Shown piece after piece: positions 27,249-38,750 of a DNA stretch of 63,852 nucleotides. The DNA is from Paraglomus brasilianum. Lineage: Eukaryota. The notes beneath the pieces were generated by a model. That model saw nothing but the letters and a program-made list of their open reading frames with translations, was not told where the DNA came from and did not search any database. The first letter of the stretch is position 1, and each line of letters begins with the position of its first letter. Position numbers and translations under genes: made by a program. The DNA is taken from NCBI GenBank assembly GCA_910592345.1, contig CAJVPI010000058.1, positions 1 through 63,852 of the forward strand, written 5' to 3'.

Positions 27249-28102
27249 TAGAATATCATGCATTCTGTTTGATAGATGAAAGTTTATGTTATTATTATAA
27301 TTTAATGTCAACTCAACGCGACTGACGCGAAAATGATTTCTGTCGATCATTTCCAAAGTGGCAAATAAAGTTGAATTCAAATGCAAACTCGTAATTACAG
27401 AAATTGAACAAGCATAATAGTTTGGTGCTTCGAAGCATCATTAATAAATATAAGCACAAGCAACTGATTACTTGTCCCACTTCTCAACTTCTCAAATTTC
27501 GGTTTTTGCGTCGGATTATATCAATATAAGCTGTAAATTCAATTAGATAAAAAATAATAGTGAATACTTTTGTTAGTTAATCAGTCAAGTTTCATGTACG
27601 TGTTTGAATATATGATATTTCAAAGTTATTAATTTGTAGTAAGTTATTATTCAGTGCTACTTTGATGACACTTTAAATTTACCAGAAGTAATGAGAAATC
27701 GAGTTTCTAGATTCTTAAACTTGGTTTTCTATTGTGTGGCCACAATTATGAAGATTAACATTATTGTTATAGGTGTGGGCAAGCTTATTATTACTATCTA
27801 TATCATGTGTAAAGATGAGAAGGACATGGTTGTAGAGTTATGTGGTGATCTTTTTTTCTTGATGTTGCTAAACTAATAATTTTCCAATTAATTGTGCTGC
27901 TAAAAGTTTTATGTCAAAGATAAAGAATTCAAAAAAGTTATCCAAATCAACCGTCATATGTTCTGTTACTTGGTTGGATTAACACTATCCTATTGTGGCA
28001 CTTATTGTCGAGCATTCTCAACTTATTACTAATTTCTTGTAGTTCTGATAATAAACCTACAAATACATGGTTTAATAGTTTTATTTACAATGGCCGGCTC
28101 CT

Positions 28103-28640
28103 TTATAATGACGCGCTAACCTTTAAGTTATAAGTTATTTCTGTATTTAAGGGTTGTAAGTGCATGGTATTAATAGTCATTTTGCTGTAGTAGTAGTCAT
28201 TTTTATATAAAGCACACCAGACATTAGGTTCCAAGTTTTTATGATCAGGCCTCAGAGAATTGTGGCGGAAACCAATAATGGCCCAGTATAAGAAAGGAAT
28301 CCGCCTATACCTTCCGTTCAGGTTAAAGTTCCACATGGTCACGTCCCTCTTGCATTAATTTTTTTTCCCACTTAAGGTACTTAAGGTTGCCATTGATGTA
28401 GAAATCTAGAAAGCCAGATGTAGATGAACCAAATGCTTGTCTGACATCAGGACTGATGGTGTGTCATGATTATGATGGCAAGGCTGAAGAAACCATTCTT
28501 TCTGTCATGCTCTTTCAAGCAACTGTGAGTCTACTTTCTGCTCATAGTAATAGCTCAGAGATTATTGTAGCTCTGATACCTTCATGCATTGAATACCTCA
28601 TGTTATATTTTCCTTCAACAAAGCAGTAGGCAATTGTCAA
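28103..28640 (-). pseudogene. Crinkler-type (CR) restriction-endonuclease-fold domain remnant
   Basis: The minus strand gives LLERA*QKEW, HTISPDVRQAFGSSTSGFLDFYINGNLK and NGRYRRIPFLYWAIIGFRH...LEPNVWCALY. This is the motif order I recall for the PD-(D/E)xK C-terminal domain of NTPase+REase Crinkler-like proteins. Stops and frameshifts are present. Confidence 0.65.
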
Positions 28641-28889
28641 GATCAAGGCCTAGGTGATTTCCGCTCCATCACACGAAAATCTCCGATTCCGCAGCACACC
28701 AAATCCAAGTAACACAGCCCAGAAATTGCGCGACACACAGATGTTGCCAGATTAGGCCAAAAACTTGGACAAACAAAACCAAGTGAACATTTTATTATAT
28801 GACATAAATGAGAGGCTGATGTGGCTGAAAGTTGACTAATTTGACTAATTATCACAGCAATAACTTGTACACAAAATTTATGTAAATTA

Positions 28890-28962
28890 CAGTCTACCCT
28901 CCATATATGCACGCCCCTTGGAAGAGCTGGAGCATGCATATATGGAGGGTGTGCATATATGG
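28890..28962 (+). repeat. Orphan Tc1/pogo-like terminal sequence with internal palindrome
   Basis: TA|CAGTCTACCCTCC start. ccctccatatatgca (28897-28911) pairs with tgcatatatggaggg (~28935-28949), followed by a further tgcatatatggag copy. No matching partner end found. Confidence 0.45.
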
Positions 28963-29949
28963 AGAGTCGGCATTTTATTGGTGGCACGTGATATATATTT
29001 TATGTATTCATAATAATAACGATAATAATAATGAAAGACAAAGTTAAAATACCAGTTTACTATTTTTGACTAAAAAAATTGACTATTTCTTTGCATTCAT
29101 CAACTTTTAAACTGTCGGATCGCCACACGTGGGAGAGCGTTCGTGTAACGACCTTGGGATTTAGTCGTCTTCCGGCGGAACTCTTAGGCTCGTTCCTACT
29201 ATCGCTAAACCTCTATACAATTAGTGACTTAAATAAGATTTATCAATACTCACGGATATCGTATCCGACTATCTGTATACGTCTTCTCTGGATTCTATTT
29301 AACCTCCGAGTAAACAATGATTATGATTCGCTAGGGATTATTTAACGAAAATCTATCAACGGGAAAGTTTATAAATAAGAGCGCGCTTAACATGCAATTA
29401 AATAGAATCCTGATGCCTAAGTTCACGATAAGTTCAGTGGCAAGACCAAACTTATTAACCGCCGATCGAGAAAGCGATTTATCACTTAACCGGCGATCGA
29501 ATAGGGAATAAAGATCAGGAAGCTAACCAATAAAATATATTTCAATGATTCGTTTATTAGAACGTAAAGAACTATTCTAAAAGGACAATTATAGGAACTA
29601 AATGATTCTAAAAGTACTGAAGGTCTGAAGATGCTGGCCTGACAAAACCAATGTAGTAATCAAGAGCATTAACTTGTTTAAGTAACTCCTTAGAATCTTC
29701 TTGCTGTTGCAAAAAGGAACGAACCAATTCTAAACTCTGTTTGTTTTTGAAAGATTAAACTTATTAGACTTAATATTATTGGCAGTAGAAAATAAATTAA
29801 CGAGTGATGAAGTAATTGAACTTTATTCGTTGCTAGTATAAATTGGTTGTGGACAAGTAATATCTTTGAATTCATCTCTAACAAATGAGCGAATATTATG
29901 GTAAAATATTATAACATAAATTATAATACTTTTCAATAGCTTGTCAAAT

Positions 29950-30244
29950 TTTTATTTTTTTTTTTTATAATAACCTTTGTGACATTCCATAGTTGTTTTA
30001 AAAATCTCTTCATTAGGAAACTTTTCTATTGCTTTTTCATATATATGTATTTCTGGATCTTCTGATCCATGTAATTCTTCTAATTGTTTTTTATACCAGC
30101 TCATAAAACCTTTATTTTTGGTTTTCTATAATATATACCTGCTCTTAGAATATCTAGTATAGCTTTTTCGATATCTTGCCAGGTTGGAATAGAGGATTCA
30201 ACCTCTGTAGATACTTGAGAGATGTTTTGAGTAATAGCTGACAT
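29950..30244 (-). pseudogene. Small intronless hypothetical ORF remnant (frameshifted)
   Basis: ATG 30244 reads MSAITQNISQVSTEVESSIPTWQDIEKAILDILRAGIYYRKP. After a frameshift it continues KNKGFMSWYKKQLEELHGSEDPEIHIYEKAIEKFPNEE. Confidence 0.55.
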
Positions 30245-30338
30245 TTGAATATGTGTTATGTTTTGATTATCTAAAGTTTTGTATATTAATAATATAAAAG
30301 TTTTTGTTTAAATAAATATTTCTGTATATTAAAAATGA

Positions 30339-30569
30339 TTGGTGAATTGCCCATTTTATCACAATTCCAGTGAAGTTTGTGGAAGAACCTGTATGAGAGT
30401 TGAAGGTTGTAGTTATCATTGGAAAGCTAAAAGAAGAGTACCTTGTACTGATTGTGGTAAACCAACTGGTTCAACTTCTGGTCGATGTCCATTGCATATT
30501 AGGGGGTACTATGTGGTTCAATACTATAATAGATTACATGCTAGGGCTTCAAAAATAAGTTCTCAATAG
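30339..30569 (+). CDS. Small Cys/His zinc-binding protein (start codon non-ATG or damaged)
   Basis: CPFYHNSSEVCGRTCMRVEGCSYHW...CTDCGKPTGSTSGRCPLH shows two C/C/C/H-like clusters. It is divergent from the ORF at 30244 across an AT-rich spacer. The nearest ATG (30335) is out of frame. Confidence 0.5.
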   Translation: MVNCPFYHNSSEVCGRTCMRVEGCSYHWKAKRRVPCTDCGKPTGSTSGRCPLHIRGYYVVQYYNRLHARASKISSQ

Positions 30570-30589
30570 GTTAAAAACCTGGCCCAAAT

Positions 30590-30810
30590 TTTATTACCCT
30601 TTGGCTGTGCCAGCTCTGCTGATATATATAATATGAAATTTTGTTACTATTACCCTTTGAGATATATGATTACATTTTTTGTTACCCTTTGAGGTATATG
30701 GATATATTTTTTGTTACCCTTTGGTATATATAGTATGAAAATTTGTTACCCTTTAAGGTATGGTCACATTTTTTGTTACCCTTTGAGGTGTATAGTCACA
30801 TTTTTTGTGC
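30590..30810. repeat. Imperfect tandem array, ~6 copies of ~31 bp with core TT(G)TTACCCTTT
   Basis: The core ttaccctt recurs at about 30594, 30650, 30682, 30714, 30746 and 30776 with related spacers (gaggtatat..., gtcacattt). Confidence 0.85.
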
Positions 30811-30816
30811 CAGAAA

Positions 30817-31040
30817 AGTAGTGAAGAATCAGCTTTAGAATGAATTCTGATATATCAAATAATATTGGTATCCTTTTTGATATGAATTTGGGTAAATGAT
30901 TGTGTTCTAGATATATAAAAAATTAATATACTGTAGTAGTGAAAAATCAGCTTTATATTGAATTCTGCTATATCATAAAAAAATTGATATCCTGAATTTG
31001 TGTAATTGGTTGTGTTCTAGATATATAAAAAAACAATATG
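30817..31040. repeat. Two imperfect ~118-bp direct repeats
   Basis: agtagtgaaRaatcagcttta...tgaattctg.tatatca...tgtgttctagatatataaaaaa starts at both 30817 and 30935. Confidence 0.85.
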
Positions 31041-31099
31041 CTTTTTGGTGTTTTTGGAGCTAATGATATGCTTAATGACTAGTGCTGTCCCAGAACCAT

Positions 31100-32280
31100 C
31101 AAATTTGCCCTACTCTCAGTGCCTCAAGCATCTGAACAACATGAGGAAACTTGCTTCCAACAAGCTTAGCAGCAGCAGTGTTCTTAAGCATAGTGAGATG
31201 TGTTGAGAAAAATGATAAATTGCCAGCCTGGATGTATGAATGAAACAATGGGTGGCCCAGTTGTAGTAATCATTGCCCACAATACATTTCTTTGATGGAT
31301 CTGGGAGGCTTTGCAACAGTTATAGAATCATTGATTGTATCAAGAAGGTAGAATGGTGGCATCAACTTCAATTCTTCGATCAGAGGATGATTGGATGTAT
31401 CTCATTCCATTTCAGGCAAAAAATCAGCTACTATTATTGGACATTATCTCTTGAATACTTCGATGGCAGCAACCAAGGAGACATAGAGTCTTTTGCTTGG
31501 CCATTTTTGAGGATCTGTCACTTGAGCATCTGTGATAAGCTTATGCCAAATGGGTGAACATGGGGGTAACCTGTGCTACCAGGACCTTGGAGACAGCAGT
31601 AAATGACATATCATTTCTTAGTGACTTCCACAAGTAGTCTCGATTTACCAGTGCCACTTGACTGCACTATTAATGAGTATAGGGCATAATACTTTGCTGG
31701 ATTCCACATTTTAATGCATTTATTACAGAAGCTCACGAAATGATCCACATGCTTTCCTTTTGGATTGTCATATGGTACCCTAAATGTCTGTGCAAACTGC
31801 TCTTCCTCATCCTTGCTGTGTTGGATTGAAACCTTTTTTCAATTGGTGCATCACCTACTGAGGCAATCCAAGTGGGTAGTGTAATGTCAAAAAACCATAT
31901 CACTATCTCAACTATATGCCCCAACTCTGCATGTGTATTGGTTAAGCACTACTATTCTTTCTGAGCAGGACTATTGGTAAATACACTATTCTATACTCCT
32001 CCCAATGCATGTGCTGTAATGCATTCCAACTATTCTCCCTCTGTTGACCCCATGGTTGCTCTACGAACCCGTTGCTCCTATTAACCCATATTGTCTCTGA
32101 ATCTAACCCAGCTCTGCTAAGATTCAACTCGTCCCAACTGTTGTTTGTAACTATCCTTGTATTCATTGCTTGTTTACCTTGCTTTGACTCGTTGTATTTC
32201 TGGACTATTTCATCCATGGTAGTGTTGGGGTTGTCATTCTTATACTGAAGAACATAGTTGCCAAATTCAACTTGGTCCAT
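31100..32280 (-). pseudogene. P-loop NTPase pseudogene of the 'IVQSSGTGKSRL' fungal/oomycete family (Crinkler-related NTPase type)
   Basis: N-terminal ORF 31942-32280, then with stops YYALYSLIVQSSGTGKSRLLVEV (Walker A at ~31625-31670) and YVIYCCLQGPGSTGYPPCS. Many TGA/TAA stops, CpG-poor. Confidence 0.7.
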
Positions 32281-32890
32281 GTCGAATTATGAGAAGAAAG
32301 AAAAGAACGTGTGCACGCGTTATAATCAATCATAGGACATATCACGTTGTGGAACGATTGCATGCATCAAATCAGATTGTCCGATTGTTGCCCCTGTAAT
32401 TGATGTTTTAACTTGTCGTAATAGTACAATAATAAGTTCTAACCATACTAATTAGTGAGTGTTATACTGCCATAAAGAACAACAACGACGTTCAAGGTGT
32501 GCTTTATGTTCGAGTTTGCCTTTTGTGAGTGCATGAGTTTATTATAAAAACAGCAAGACCGTCAGAATCTCTCTTCATTCATACCTAACAATCATCAATT
32601 TAAATTGATCGTAAAATCAATCGTAAAAGCTACTTGATCACTTTGCCTTAAACAATTTGAAAATTCCCACTTTTACCAGCGAATTTTATTGTGGATCGGG
32701 CTTCTTCTTGGCTTCATGCTTTAATATATACTCCACAAAAATAAACTTTACGTCATAAATCAAAAAATTGATCGAATAATCAATTTAATCGAGCCTACAA
32801 AAAGGCACAATAATAAACCAAGTAAACAATTCGGCGAACGAAGTTACTTACCAGGCGTCGAAAAACTGTTGACGAACTTTAAAAACTTGT

Positions 32891-33124
32891 TTGCTAAAAA
32901 AGCTAGACTGGGATTCGAATTTTTCATTTAATCAAATGCCCACTGAAATCCGCTCATTACGCGAAGGAAAAGGCGTTGCAGCCTCCACGTTGAAAAGTAT
33001 CTGCGAACGAAAAACAAATCCGAGGAAGAGTACACTAAAAGCTATCGAAGAATGGATGGATAAGATTAAAGAAATAGAGAATGAAGATGTTAATAATAAT
33101 AATGATAATAATAATGAAATGTAG
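32891..33124 (+). pseudogene. Small helix-turn-helix (XRE/Cro-like) protein remnant
   Basis: GKGVAASTLKSICERKTNPRKSTLKAIEEW resembles the recognition-helix and following-helix pattern of XRE-type HTHs. Upstream in-frame stop and non-ATG start. Confidence 0.4.
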
Positions 33125-34253
33125 TACAAGTTTTGCCAGAGTGACCAAAGAATAGGTATACTCATTAATGGCTTTGGTTTTTCTCCCATATAATCACTCT
33201 GGTACTTTTATTTCAAAAGCGATCGCATTCTATAATTAAAGGCAATAAAATTATGTCTACAAAAATCAAATTATTGTCACATTGTTACAATTGTATCAAA
33301 TTAACGAAATGCAAATCAAGGTCATTTATCAACAAGTCAAAAACTATAAGGAACGATTTCATTGATAGGTCGCTCGATCAGTGAAGGCGTAGGGGAAGCT
33401 TTTTACGTTGAATTTATTTTCCTTACGTTTCTTCACGTTTTCGTTTCTTTCTTGGTTCATCATAAGTTGAGGATAATGTTTGTTTATAGTTTATTATTTT
33501 TCGTTCCTCTTGGTAAATTTCATAAGTTATTTTTTCTTTATCTAGATACTCCTCGAGAATTTTGGTATCATTGATTTTAAAACATATGGAGCAATTTTTT
33601 CTCCTTGAGCTTTCTTTAAAATACCTCTAATAGTGCTGTAATTCTTGGGTTCCATAGTGTATTTAATGTAATATTTATATTTTTATATAGACATAATCCT
33701 ATATTAAGCATATTGTAATTCAGGTAGAACTTTACTCAATAAAGTATATTTCAGCATGATATTAGTTTAAAACTGTAATTTACATACAAGTTATTGCTGT
33801 GATAATCAAAATGCTATTAGTCAAATTAGTCAACTTTCAGCCACATCAGCCTCTCATTTATGTCACATAATAAAATGCAGCATGCCCCATATCCAACTCT
33901 AATGCTTTAATCAAGACATTGAAGTTACAAAACTGACCGGGCAAACAAAATTTACTCCAAAGTTTTTATTTAATTGAAGATATTAATGTTGATAATGGTG
34001 TTGAAGCTAATATTAGCAAAGAGAATGGTAATAGGAGTTTTGAAACAGCTTCATTGCAACGACATCATGAAATCACGGTGTTTTGTGTGAGCCACAGCTG
34101 TGCGCTAAACCAACAGCTTACCAGCCACATTCCTTATTTTAGCTCATGTGTTCCAAACGTAAATGTTTGTCACACATTCCTTACCATTCATGTACAAGTA
34201 CTCTCGCATCGCTTCTAATACTCTCCATTCCCACCGACAATAACAATATACCA

Positions 34254-35226
34254 ATGTCTAACCATAATAGCGACACCAACGATAACTCTAAAAGCTATTC
34301 ACAAAAAACGAGTATTAGCGCAGGTAATTGGTCGGCAAACAAAAAAGCAAGGAGGAGTTAAATCACTAATTTACTATGCGGCTATAAAAATAAAGTTTGG
34401 TTCATTGTTATTGTAGTGTATGAATAAATGATGTTGTAGCCTTAGTTGTTAATAAATGGTTGTATACGATTATTATAGTTTGGATGGACTGATTATTAAT
34501 AATTGCAATTATTTTGTTTTTTTTGCAGATGTGAAAGAGGAGCTGAGAAGGAAAGCAGCAATCCAAGCTACAGCTGGTATTGTCACAACTATCTCATTGT
34601 TGATTGTGTCGTTTGTTGTTTATTCTTTGTTTTCATTGAAAAGTATACTAAAGAACGCCATATTGAAATGCGAATTGACAATTAAGACTGGTAAATATAA
34701 CCTTGACGTATAATAAGAGAAGATGAGTTGTTGTTGGGTGAAAATCAGCCACATAAGTACGCTTATCTTTTTGGTTATTATTAGGAACTCCTTATTAATC
34801 TGGGCCCGCAAACAACGAGGACCGTATTACGATCCGTCTACACGAATGTATCATGTGGACAAAAACTCGAAGCATTATTATGAAGGATATACGGAAGCAA
34901 ATGCCGAAGCGTATGTATAATTGATAGTATGAACAGTCAAAACAAAGGCCAATCTGTTATATTGTTCGCTGCATCTCATATATGTGCACCTCTCATTCTT
35001 CTCTACCCCTTCGTATCGTGTTACGCCGTTCCTACTTCCTTTCCCGATTGTTAGTGAAAATGAAGCCGCAGGCTTTAAAAATGTCCCCCTTCCACCAACC
35101 AAACCCGTGTTTGTCAATGTAGAAAAGGAACTTGTTTCCATTGGTAATCACTTATCGCCTGCCAGAACTGGAAGTCCGAGTGGGCGAAGGCCAGGAAGAC
35201 CAAGGTACCATCAATATCATCTTTAA
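34254..35226 (+). CDS. Small 4-exon single-pass membrane protein, unknown function (~150 aa)
   Basis: ATG 34254. Introns 34324-34528, ~34611-34785 and ~34911-35054 all keep phase. TM-like stretch AAIQATAGIVTTISLLIVSNSLLIW is followed by basic ARKQR and a Pro/Arg-rich tail. Confidence 0.65.
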
Positions 35227-36615
35227 ACTTATATATCGACAGTGAATTGAAGTCCGACTCATTGGTTTAATAATAGGAAATCCGAGTCTCGCCTTAACGG
35301 CTGATATTGCCTAGCCTTGGGTCGATTATGCATAGATTTAGATTTGGCGTATTGTCCAAGACTTCCCAGGATATAGAATGTTTATGTATGTTATTCTTCT
35401 ATTTGATAAGATGTCACATGTTTCCATATTACGTACATTCCATTTAGACCCGCACCAAAGCGAAAGTAGTAGTAATAAGAAAGGGGATAGTTAATTATTC
35501 AATTTAGTTGCAAAAGTTGATCGATATCATAGGATCGCCGATAAGGAAGACATGATGCGATTTTGTTATAATCTCTTGATATAGGAAACTTTACTTATTT
35601 TAAATCAATAATCCCGAATTGCACTCTATGCAAAAATTAAAGCATTCTTGTTTTCTACCTTTCCCGCATACTAGAATTTAGTTATGAGTAATACATCACC
35701 GCGGTAATTTGGCAAACTCCATCAGACTATGGCAGTCACATGGCCTATTCTCAATAAAATATAAATATTATAAAAGATTTACGCAAAAGTCCGGTCTATA
35801 ACCGCGTGTAAAAAGAGAAAAGTAGATATTTATCAACATTCAACGAATAACATGTCAAAGAATGGCTTACTATATTACTTCAGGGGAGTGATGCTCCATT
35901 TATCCTATAGTGATAGGAAATGTATAAAATATGAAAGAGTAATATGAATAACAGTGCATAATAATAATTAAATGGTGAGACATTGGAAAATTAACCTACC
36001 ATTTTTCAATCTTAATTGCAGCACGGGACGCATAATTACGTGTTAACAATATAAATACGTACTGTAAGAGAATTGGTTGACACAAGGGCAACATTCAATA
36101 TAGAATTCTCTCGTCTCTAGAATGTTCCAAAACTTTAAAGAGGGTAGGAAATTTGGGCAGATTACTGCATCGTAGATTTACTGTAGGTCAATAGTTTTTA
36201 ATAATAATTACTACAGATAGCCTAACACCTGATATAGAACTCAATTTGTTCACCTTAACAATTTTAAATTTGCTTGATGGCTTAATCTGCAAGAGAAGCA
36301 AGCGCTGTTAAATAAACACAACATTATCATTGAAGCTCGCGTTCAAAGATTATTGAGAATGATCGTGTAAGCATTATCATAAAGTAAGGCCTAGATAAAC
36401 GTTGGATTATAAACAACGCGAGAATCTAGCGCATTGATAGCTTTTAAGCTCACCTGACTATCCAAAACCAGCGCTGTGATACTCACCTGATTTTGACACT
36501 TGCCTTTCATGGACATCAATTTTTAGCCTTACTATTTCCAATAGTAAATAGTGGGAGGAAACAAACTCTTTTCTTACTATTTCATAAGAAAAATAAGAAT
36601 TGTAGACAATACAGA

Positions 36616-38750
36616 ATGAAGAAAAACATAGGCAAATTCAAGCAGGTGAGTGAATACGCTTGAAAAACAGAAAGCAGTATGAAATCATCAGCCGTTGTTC
36701 GCCCTCTGACTACAAATTTCTTGTACATAGTGGACAGGCGAGAAACTCGGTTCCTCGCATAAAACAGAGACAACTTACGAATTCAAAGAGCTTCAACAGA
36801 AAGCTGACGCTCGAAATAATGGTTATGAGAAAATTTTAACTACAACGAATTCTTATTTAAAGACAATAGGTAATGTAAAATTATGAAGTAATATCGTTTT
36901 AGCTTCAGAGTCTGTTCTTGTGATAATTATTGATCCGTGGCTGTTTCCAAAGTGTAATTAAAGCCATTCTCAAATAATCATGTAAATATCTAAGCAAGAT
37001 TCGAAAGATTAAAAAAAAAAACATTATCTAAAGATTCTACAATTGGTTGTTCTTATAGGGAAGAAGAAAACCTCTTTCGACGATAGAAGCAGATCTCTTC
37101 CGATCGAATCGCTTGGGGCAGCGATGAGAGTATTTGGCGAAGAACTCGGCAGTGATTCAGAATTCGGTATGTCTTTTGATATGGTTACTTATGATTTCGT
37201 GCATTTATAAACTGGGCTTGAATTAATAACTGATAATACGCTTTGCTTTTCTTGTTTGTCTTTTTTTTTCTTCTTCCTACATAGGCGTTGCGCTGGTTAA
37301 ATTTGGGATTGCAAACGAGAAAATTGCCAGTGCTCAATTGGAATATCTCACTCGTGTTAAAGACGAGTTTCTTGATGGGGTTAATGCTGTCACTGCTGAT
37401 ATAAAGCTATACCAAGCTTTGAAAAAGAAGCTTGAATCGAGACGATTAGACTATGATGCCAAACAGAATAGAGTACAGAAATCAAAAAAAGAAAAGCCTG
37501 AATTAGAAGAGGAAATGCAAGCTGCTAAACAAAAGTACGAGGAAACATTGGAGGACCTTGAGAATAAAATTAACACGATATTTGAGCACGAAGTACGTCG
37601 TTGTGTTGTATAAAAGTCATTTGGAGTTTTAATGTATTGGTTGAAATGCTGATGTTCATCAATTGATATTTTTACAATTTTAGGAGCATTCTGTCAAAGA
37701 CGTGTCTTCCTTTTTAGACGCTCAGTTCGAATTCTTTAAACGAGGATACGAAATATTAGCAGAGGTCAAGGAGGATTGGGTCGAAGTGTAAGTATCTTTC
37801 TATAGTGTTTTGAAACTTGACAGTTCATCAGTCTGAATAATTATATTTCTGAATTCAGAAACTCGGGAACTACATCAAGACGACCATTAATATCAAGGAG
37901 ATCGACACGCGATTCAAGAACGTCTCGCGACGACACCGAGGATCAGTTATCGGATGATGATACCCGATCGTACTCGAACGATTCTCGCAGTAAAAAGGCA
38001 GGCACGTCTCGGTCCTCTGGCACAGTATCCAAACCAAAATCGCTCAAGTCCAACGTTAGCAACAAACCAACTCGTAGCTTGTCACCTAGTTCATATTCAA
38101 AAGATTCATCGTCTTCATCAGGCGCCAAAAAAGTCAAGGCCATATATGAGTTTGAAGCGAGTGGAGATGATGAACTAACAATCGCAGTAGATGATGTAAT
38201 AACGGTGACTGAGGAAATAGATGAAGGCTGGTGGAATGGCGAAATTACTGATCCGGATGGTACGGTTAGAAGTGGCATGTTTCCTGCTAATTACACAACT
38301 GAAATAAATGAACCAATATCCAACCGGCGGACTCCCACAATCTCACGTCAATCATACGATGATTCAGAAAACGAAGAGTCTATAGATACGTTCGCCGACC
38401 AATATGAAGAACCAGAAGAAGAAGAAGAAGAATATAAACCTCCTCCAAAAGTAATTCACACTAATTCTTCGTCAAGCGTACGATCACGACATGTGCCCCC
38501 AGTACCTTCTCGTCAATCAAAGCCCCCTCCATCAAAATCCTCTCGTTCTGCACCTGCACCTCGACCTGTAATGACGCGGGGTTCGTCCGCGAGTTCTACA
38601 AGTAGTGCACAACGTACTTCATATTTACCTGACTTTTCTAATGATCACGGTAGTAGCAATGTTGGGCCATGTCAGGAATGTGGATGCGACGATTATGCTG
38701 CAAATGTATTTAAAAAAGGAAGTTGTAATAATTGTTTCCATAAGCATTAA
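36616..38750 (+). CDS. N-BAR domain + SH3 domain protein (endophilin-like) with C-terminal Cys/His knuckle
   Basis: Amphipathic start MKKNIGKFKQ|WTGEKLG. BAR signature KKLESRRLDYDAK. SH3 KAIYEFEASGDDELTIAVDDVITVTEEIDEGWWNGE...GMFPANY. Pro-rich linker and terminal CQECGCDDYAANVFKKGSCNNCFHKH. Confidence 0.9.

Larger units (their letters stand above)
28788..33877. mobile_element. 5.1-kb segment bounded by ~105-bp inverted repeats (28788-28893 and 33772-33877), carrying decayed small ORFs
   Basis: The left arm cattttattatatgacataaatgagaggctgatgtggctgaaagttgactaatttgactaat...tatcacagcaataacttgta...tgtaaattacagt is the reverse complement of the right arm, apart from about one substitution and two ~10-nt indels. 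No target-site duplication seen. Confidence 0.6.

Noticed and set aside
28440..28470. Plus-strand DIRTDGVS resembling the Fanzor/TnpB TDG motif
   Set aside because: It is immediately followed by a stop, with no downstream DPG/RuvC or zinc-finger motifs. The minus strand explains the region as a REase remnant.
29079..29345. FSRLPAELL as an F-box motif
   Set aside because: Only a short match, with a non-ATG start and no convincing continuation of the F-box consensus.
30590..30810. Repeat-spacer appearance suggestive of a CRISPR array
   Set aside because: The core is only ~12 bp, spacers are related to each other, there are no cas genes, and the context is eukaryotic.
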